Positions 59,972-64,000 of a stretch of 64,000 nt of DNA are shown piece after piece. The notes below the pieces were generated by a model. That model was not told where the DNA came from, did not search any database, and saw only the letters and a list, made by a program, of their open reading frames with translations. This DNA is from Candidatus Omnitrophota bacterium. Its GTDB lineage: Bacteria > Omnitrophota > Omnitrophia > Omnitrophales > Aquincolibacteriaceae. The stretch is taken from positions 15,081 to 79,080 of the forward strand of contig JAHFHG010000003.1 of the NCBI GenBank assembly GCA_023247035.1, in the 5' to 3' direction. Position numbers and translations under genes: made by a program. Position 1 is the first letter of the stretch, and every line of letters starts with the position of its first letter.

Positions 59972-61891
59972 TTGCTAAACACCTCATCGTTTCGCCAGTG
60001 CATCCCATTTTTGCGTAAAGCCGCTCTGCTTCTTTGCGACGCCGCGTTGGTGAACGCCTCTTTTTTTCTTGCCTTTCTCATCCGTTTTGACCAGACCCCT
60101 GAATTTTTCACCGTGATGGGAATCTACCAACACCTGATTCTGCCCATAACCGTCATCCGTTTGGCGCTCTTCTACGCGTTTGGGTTGTACGAGTGGTCCT
60201 TTCGATACGCCAGCTTAAGCGAAGCCATCCAGTTACTGAGCGCCGTCTGCGCGAGTTCCTTGATGATCTTTGCCTGTATTGCCTTTTTCTTTTTTCAGCA
60301 GTACCGGACGATGATCGGACGTTCCGTGCTGCTTATTGATTTTCTCATTTGTCTTTTCCTTTTGGCCGCTTCCAGGTTCTCCGTCCGGGGCCTTATAAAG
60401 TTCCAGCAAAAATTTAGAAACTATTTTCAAAAATTAGACCTTAACCGGACTTTAATCATCGGAGTCGGCGACGCCGGAGAGCTCTTGCTTCGAGAGTTTC
60501 AAAAACATTCCTATTTGAAGTACTGGCCGGTCGGTTTTTTGGACAATGACCGTGAAAAACGAGGGATGCGGATTCACGGCGTCAAGGTATTGGGCGCGCT
60601 TTCTGATCTGCCGCGGGTGGCCGTGAAAAAACATATCCGCACCGTGATTATCGTCCTTCCCCGAATTTCCCGGGATCAGATCCAGGAAATCATCCGGACT
60701 TGCCAGCAGCTTCAACTGGCCTGCCGCATTTTGCCTCCCGCTTCTCTTTTATGGTCAAGCCAGATTTTTCCTTTAAAGCTGAGGGATGTCGACGCCTCGG
60801 ACCTGTTGGGACGTGAAATCATTCAAACGGACCCGGCCCGGATGCAGGACTTTTTTAGAAACAAAAAAGTTTTGATCACGGGCGGCGGAGGATCCATCGG
60901 CTCCGAAATTGCAAAGATTCTCTCCCGGACTCAACCCCAGGAATTGATCCTTGTGGATCACGCGGAAAATAATCTTTACGAGATCCAAAATTATTTTCAA
61001 GAAAATCCTACGGAAACCGTCGTCAATTATTATCTTTGCGACGTGAAAAACCGGGAGGATATGGAAAAGATTTTTGACGCGCATCGCCCTCACATTGTTT
61101 ATCACGGAGCTGCCCACAAACACGTTCCGTTAGGCGAACAGTTCTACAAAGAGGGGATTTTGAATAATGTGCTCGGGACTAAAGTGACCGCCGATCTAGC
61201 CTGTGCGTATGGAGCCCGGACCTTTGTCCTGATCTCCACGGATAAAGCGATCCGGCCTGCCAGTATTATGGGATCTACAAAAAGAATCGCGGAACTTTAT
61301 ATTCAAAGTTTGAAGGACAGGGGGACGGATTTTCTCTCCGTTCGTTTTGGAAATGTCCTCAACAGCCGGGGCAGCGTGGTGCCGCTCTTTCAAAAGCAGC
61401 TGCAGGAAGGCTCTCCCGTCACCGTGACGGACGCCAACGTCACGCGCTATTTTATGGACCTTTGCGAGGCCGTCTTTTTAATCATGGAAGCGACCCGGCT
61501 GGGCTCGGATTCGGAAATCTTCGTCCTTGATATGGGAAAACCCATCAAAATTGTGAACCTGGCCCGCTCCCTTGCCCAGCTTATGGGAATCGCGGAAGAC
61601 CAAATGACGTTGAAGTATATCGGGCTACGCCCGGGAGAAAAACTGGAAGAAGAAATTGAACTCAACTCCGAAACTGCGATCCCGACCCAGCACCGGAAGA
61701 TCAAAATCTGGAAATCCTCCCGGCAGCCCGCACCTGAGGATCTAGCGAGAGCCATCGAAGAACTCTTTGATCTTGTCCAACAAGGCGCCCCGAAAAACGC
61801 GGTCATCCAAAAGCTCAGCGAGATTGTCCCGGAGTACAGGCCTGTTTCCAAGGATTTTGCAGGCCCGCAAGTTCTCAACGCCCCCCATTAA
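59972..61891 (+). CDS. Membrane-bound UDP-GlcNAc 4,6-dehydratase (CapD/WbpM/PglF family)
   Basis: 4 TM segments, GVGDAG, TGGGGSIGSE, AAHKHV, STDKA, MGSTK, RFGNVL, GLRPGEK. Confidence 0.95.
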   Translation: MLNTSSFRQCIPFLRKAALLLCDAALVNASFFLAFLIRFDQTPEFFTVMGIYQHLILPITVIRLALFYAFGLYEWSFRYASLSEAIQLLSAVCASSLMIFACIAFFFFQQYRTMIGRSVLLIDFLICLFLLAASRFSVRGLIKFQQKFRNYFQKLDLNRTLIIGVGDAGELLLREFQKHSYLKYWPVGFLDNDREKRGMRIHGVKVLGALSDLPRVAVKKHIRTVIIVLPRISRDQIQEIIRTCQQLQLACRILPPASLLWSSQIFPLKLRDVDASDLLGREIIQTDPARMQDFFRNKKVLITGGGGSIGSEIAKILSRTQPQELILVDHAENNLYEIQNYFQENPTETVVNYYLCDVKNREDMEKIFDAHRPHIVYHGAAHKHVPLGEQFYKEGILNNVLGTKVTADLACAYGARTFVLISTDKAIRPASIMGSTKRIAELYIQSLKDRGTDFLSVRFGNVLNSRGSVVPLFQKQLQEGSPVTVTDANVTRYFMDLCEAVFLIMEATRLGSDSEIFVLDMGKPIKIVNLARSLAQLMGIAEDQMTLKYIGLRPGEKLEEEIELNSETAIPTQHRKIKIWKSSRQPAPEDLARAIEELFDLVQQGAPKNAVIQKLSEIVPEYRPVSKDFAGPQVLNAPH

Positions 61892-61898
61892 AATTAAA

Positions 61899-61930
61899 AG
61901 CCGCTTCATTTCCATAAAAAGAAAGCGGCT
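61899..61930 (+). terminator. Hairpin after the polysaccharide locus
   Basis: AGCCGCTT...AAGCGGCT; no clear U tract on the + strand. Confidence 0.35.
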
Positions 61931-62224
61931 GCGCCTGCCGGATTGAAAAATCTTCTCGCTAACTTCCGCTATAAAATGCTCGATGAAATTCACAAAACAA
62001 TCTCGCTGTTATAAATTTTCAAAAGGATTTTCTCTTCCATCTTTTTCTCGATTTCAAAAAAATCAGAAAAAAATAAAAAAAAATAAAATAGATATTGATT
62101 TCTGACTTTTTTGGAGTATTTTTAGCGTCAAACGAATCAAGCGTTCGTTTATGTTTCGCCGAACCGATCCAATCAGAGCGATTTCCAGGACATTAGCCCC
62201 GGAAACGCTTCGCATTTCTCGGGG

Positions 62225-62264
62225 CCGCTTTTCCGCCGATTATTGGAGGACGCGGGAATGACAA
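62225..62264 (-). repeat. Partial copy of the GTCATTCCCG palindromic repeat
   Basis: Reverse complement TTGTCATTCCCGCGTCCTCC-AATAATC-GGCGGAAAAGCGG matches 48-80. Confidence 0.75.
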
Positions 62265-62394
62265 CCGCTTGTCTTACAAAGAGCGATGCTCCATGAATTC
62301 GGAAATTTGCAGAACTCAAGTTAAAAAATTACTGATTCATGGCCTGATGCTTCGTCAAAATGATAATCTGCCCCAGCCTTGTTCACGAGGAATC

Positions 62395-64000
62395 ATGAAG
62401 CCGCGTCTTTTTATTCGAATCACCGCATTTTTCACGCTCGCTTGCTTCATCGTTTCAGAAAGTGCCTTTGCCTCCCCGCAGATTCTTCAAAGTTTAAATT
62501 CATCCCCGGAAATTAATTCTTCGCTGGCGCAGCCTCTTTCCGTTCCCGCGGAACTGGGGACAGTCGTTTCTTCCTGGGGATCGCCCGCCTCTGTTGTTTT
62601 GATCGAAGACGCGCACGGAAATTACGACGCTCAAAAGAAAACGCAGGACCTGCTTAGATTTTTAGACCGCGAGCGGGGAATTTCTCAAATTTTTCTTGAA
62701 GGCGGCGTGGGCCGGCAGGATCCGGAATTGCTGCGCTTCTTCAAAGACCCTTCGCTGAATAAGAAGGCCTGGGAGTTTCTTTTAAGGGAGGCGGAAATCG
62801 GCGGCGGGGAATTGTACCTGTTGGAAGACGCCAAGAAAGTGCAGGCATTTGGTTTGGAAGAGCCGAAGGTCTATCTCGCCAATCTCAAGGCCTTCCGCCG
62901 CGTGCTTCAGAATCAGGCGCAGTCGGAAAAATTTTTGAAAGGCCGCGGCAAGGAAATCAAGAAAAACGCCTCACGCCATTTTTCGCGCCGGCTTTATTCC
63001 TTTTTCCAGGAATGGCTCCGGAGCGAGGAAGAAGACGGAGCGGATTTCTTAAGGTATTTCCTCGTCCTTCAGAGAGAAGCCAAGCGGAGCCTTCAGATTG
63101 ATTTGGGCAAGGCGAGCGAGCAGCGGGACTGGCCGATGCTCGTGCGGCTGGCCGAGATTCGCAAGCGGGAGAAGAAGCTTGATCAAAAGAAAGCCGCCAG
63201 CCAGAAGGAAATGCTGATGAAGTGGGCAAAGGAGCGGAGACTTGATCTCAAGCTCATTTCGTTTTTGGAAGCAAAGAAGGGGGAAAGTGCAAAAATTTAC
63301 GGCTACGAAAGCCGGCGCAGATTCTGGGAAGCCTTCCACGAGCAGGCCTCGAAGAAAGGTTTCGAGTTTGAGTCCTACCCTGAGCTTGTCCTCTTTGAAG
63401 GATTCCGGATTTTAGAGGAGGAGATCGGCGCGGAAAAATTAATAGAGGAAATGAAGTCGCTGGCGGAACGGATTTTCGAGAAATCAATTGAAACCGCCCA
63501 GCAGCGCCGGATTCTTGAAGAGGCGAAGCATTATCGTTTGCTTAAAAAATTATTCTCCCTGGAAATGAAGAGGGAGGAATTTGAGGAGTTGCGGCGTAGA
63601 GCGGTTAATAATGCCCCGAGAAGTCTTCTTTCCTTGTCATTCCCGAATGGTTTAATCGGGAATCCAGAAGTTAAAAAGCTGGATTCCCGCCTTCGCGGGA
63701 ATGACAGAATTTCTAAAGGTGTTATCAAAACTCATACCCCAATCCGCTCCCTCTACCGCCAAGCCCTTCAATTCTACCGGCTTGCGGTTCAGCGCGACGA
63801 AATTATGGTCAAAGAGCTGCTCAAGGAAAATGGGGGGAAGGATTCCTCAAAATTTTCGGTCGTCCTTGCCGGCGGATTTCACACGGACGGACTGGCGAAG
63901 ATTCTAAAAGAACGCGGCATTTCCTACGCCGTCATTCGTCCTCACATTCGGGAGGTTGAAGGCCGCAAACAATACGTGGCGTCATTAATGGGGGAAAAGG
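62395..64000 (+). CDS. Secreted large protein, 5' part only (runs off window); ChaN/TraB/EreA-like motif set
   Basis: Hand-translated: 535 codons with no stop; GAGG RBS; MKPRLFIRITAFFTLACFIVSESAFA signal; IEDAH, FLEGG, FGLEE, QRD, AGGFHTDG; absent from the ORF track. Confidence 0.9.
   Translation, partial: MKPRLFIRITAFFTLACFIVSESAFASPQILQSLNSSPEINSSLAQPLSVPAELGTVVSSWGSPASVVLIEDAHGNYDAQKKTQDLLRFLDRERGISQIFLEGGVGRQDPELLRFFKDPSLNKKAWEFLLREAEIGGGELYLLEDAKKVQAFGLEEPKVYLANLKAFRRVLQNQAQSEKFLKGRGKEIKKNASRHFSRRLYSFFQEWLRSEEEDGADFLRYFLVLQREAKRSLQIDLGKASEQRDWPMLVRLAEIRKREKKLDQKKAASQKEMLMKWAKERRLDLKLISFLEAKKGESAKIYGYESRRRFWEAFHEQASKKGFEFESYPELVLFEGFRILEEEIGAEKLIEEMKSLAERIFEKSIETAQQRRILEEAKHYRLLKKLFSLEMKREEFEELRRRAVNNAPRSLLSLSFPNGLIGNPEVKKLDSRLRGNDRISKGVIKTHTPIRSLYRQALQFYRLAVQRDEIMVKELLKENGGKDSSKFSVVLAGGFHTDGLAKILKERGISYAVIRPHIREVEGRKQYVASLMGEK
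63635..63706. repeat. 72-bp palindromic element lying in frame within the CDS (RPE-like)
   Basis: TGTCATTCCCG...CGGGAATCCAG-AAGTTAAAAAG-CTGGATTCCCG...CGGGAATGACA; encodes SFPNGLIGNPEVKKLDSRLRGND. Confidence 0.85.

Noticed and set aside
62130-62230. Known riboswitch (c-di-GMP, SAM etc.) in the leader of the large secreted protein
   Set aside because: Several hairpins are present, but none shows the conserved core of a riboswitch I recognise; an Infernal scan would be needed.
48-62264. Inverted 20-bp repeats bracketing almost the whole window as ends of a 62-kb transposon
   Set aside because: No transposase or target-site duplication; housekeeping genes and tRNAs lie inside; a third related copy points to a dispersed repeat family.

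Overview
Gram-negative bacterial chromosome segment. My guess is Ca. Omnitrophota-like, inferred mainly from the secreted protein at the right edge, and it is unverified. Left to right: (1) a histone-deacetylase-family gene; (2) two paralogous secreted Trp-heptad coiled-coil proteins; (3) an endonuclease Q/PHP-UvrD fusion on the minus strand; (4) tRNA-Thr(TGT) and tRNA-Tyr(GTA), with a ~4.5 kb decayed phage-satellite-like element integrated in the tRNA-Tyr 3' end (23-bp att duplication, broken integrase, broken lipoprotein, SpoVG-like gene, HTH rep candidate followed by phased palindromes, xis, AAA/DUF4143); (5) a ~49 kb single-strand Wzx/Wzy surface-polysaccharide locus (13058-61891) with a beta-barrel plus short-OPX export module and many tailoring enzymes (FkbH-ACP-MaoC-SDR-GNAT acyl module, SGNH pair, lipid-linked C-methyl-sugar cassette, ATP-grasp, CMAH-like MBL, B12 radical SAM, split transketolase, 3 aminotransferases, 5 methyltransferases); (6) the first 535 codons of a secreted protein that runs off the window, is missing from the ORF track, and carries an in-frame 72-bp palindromic element. 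All functional calls come from motif recognition by eye; no database search was run.
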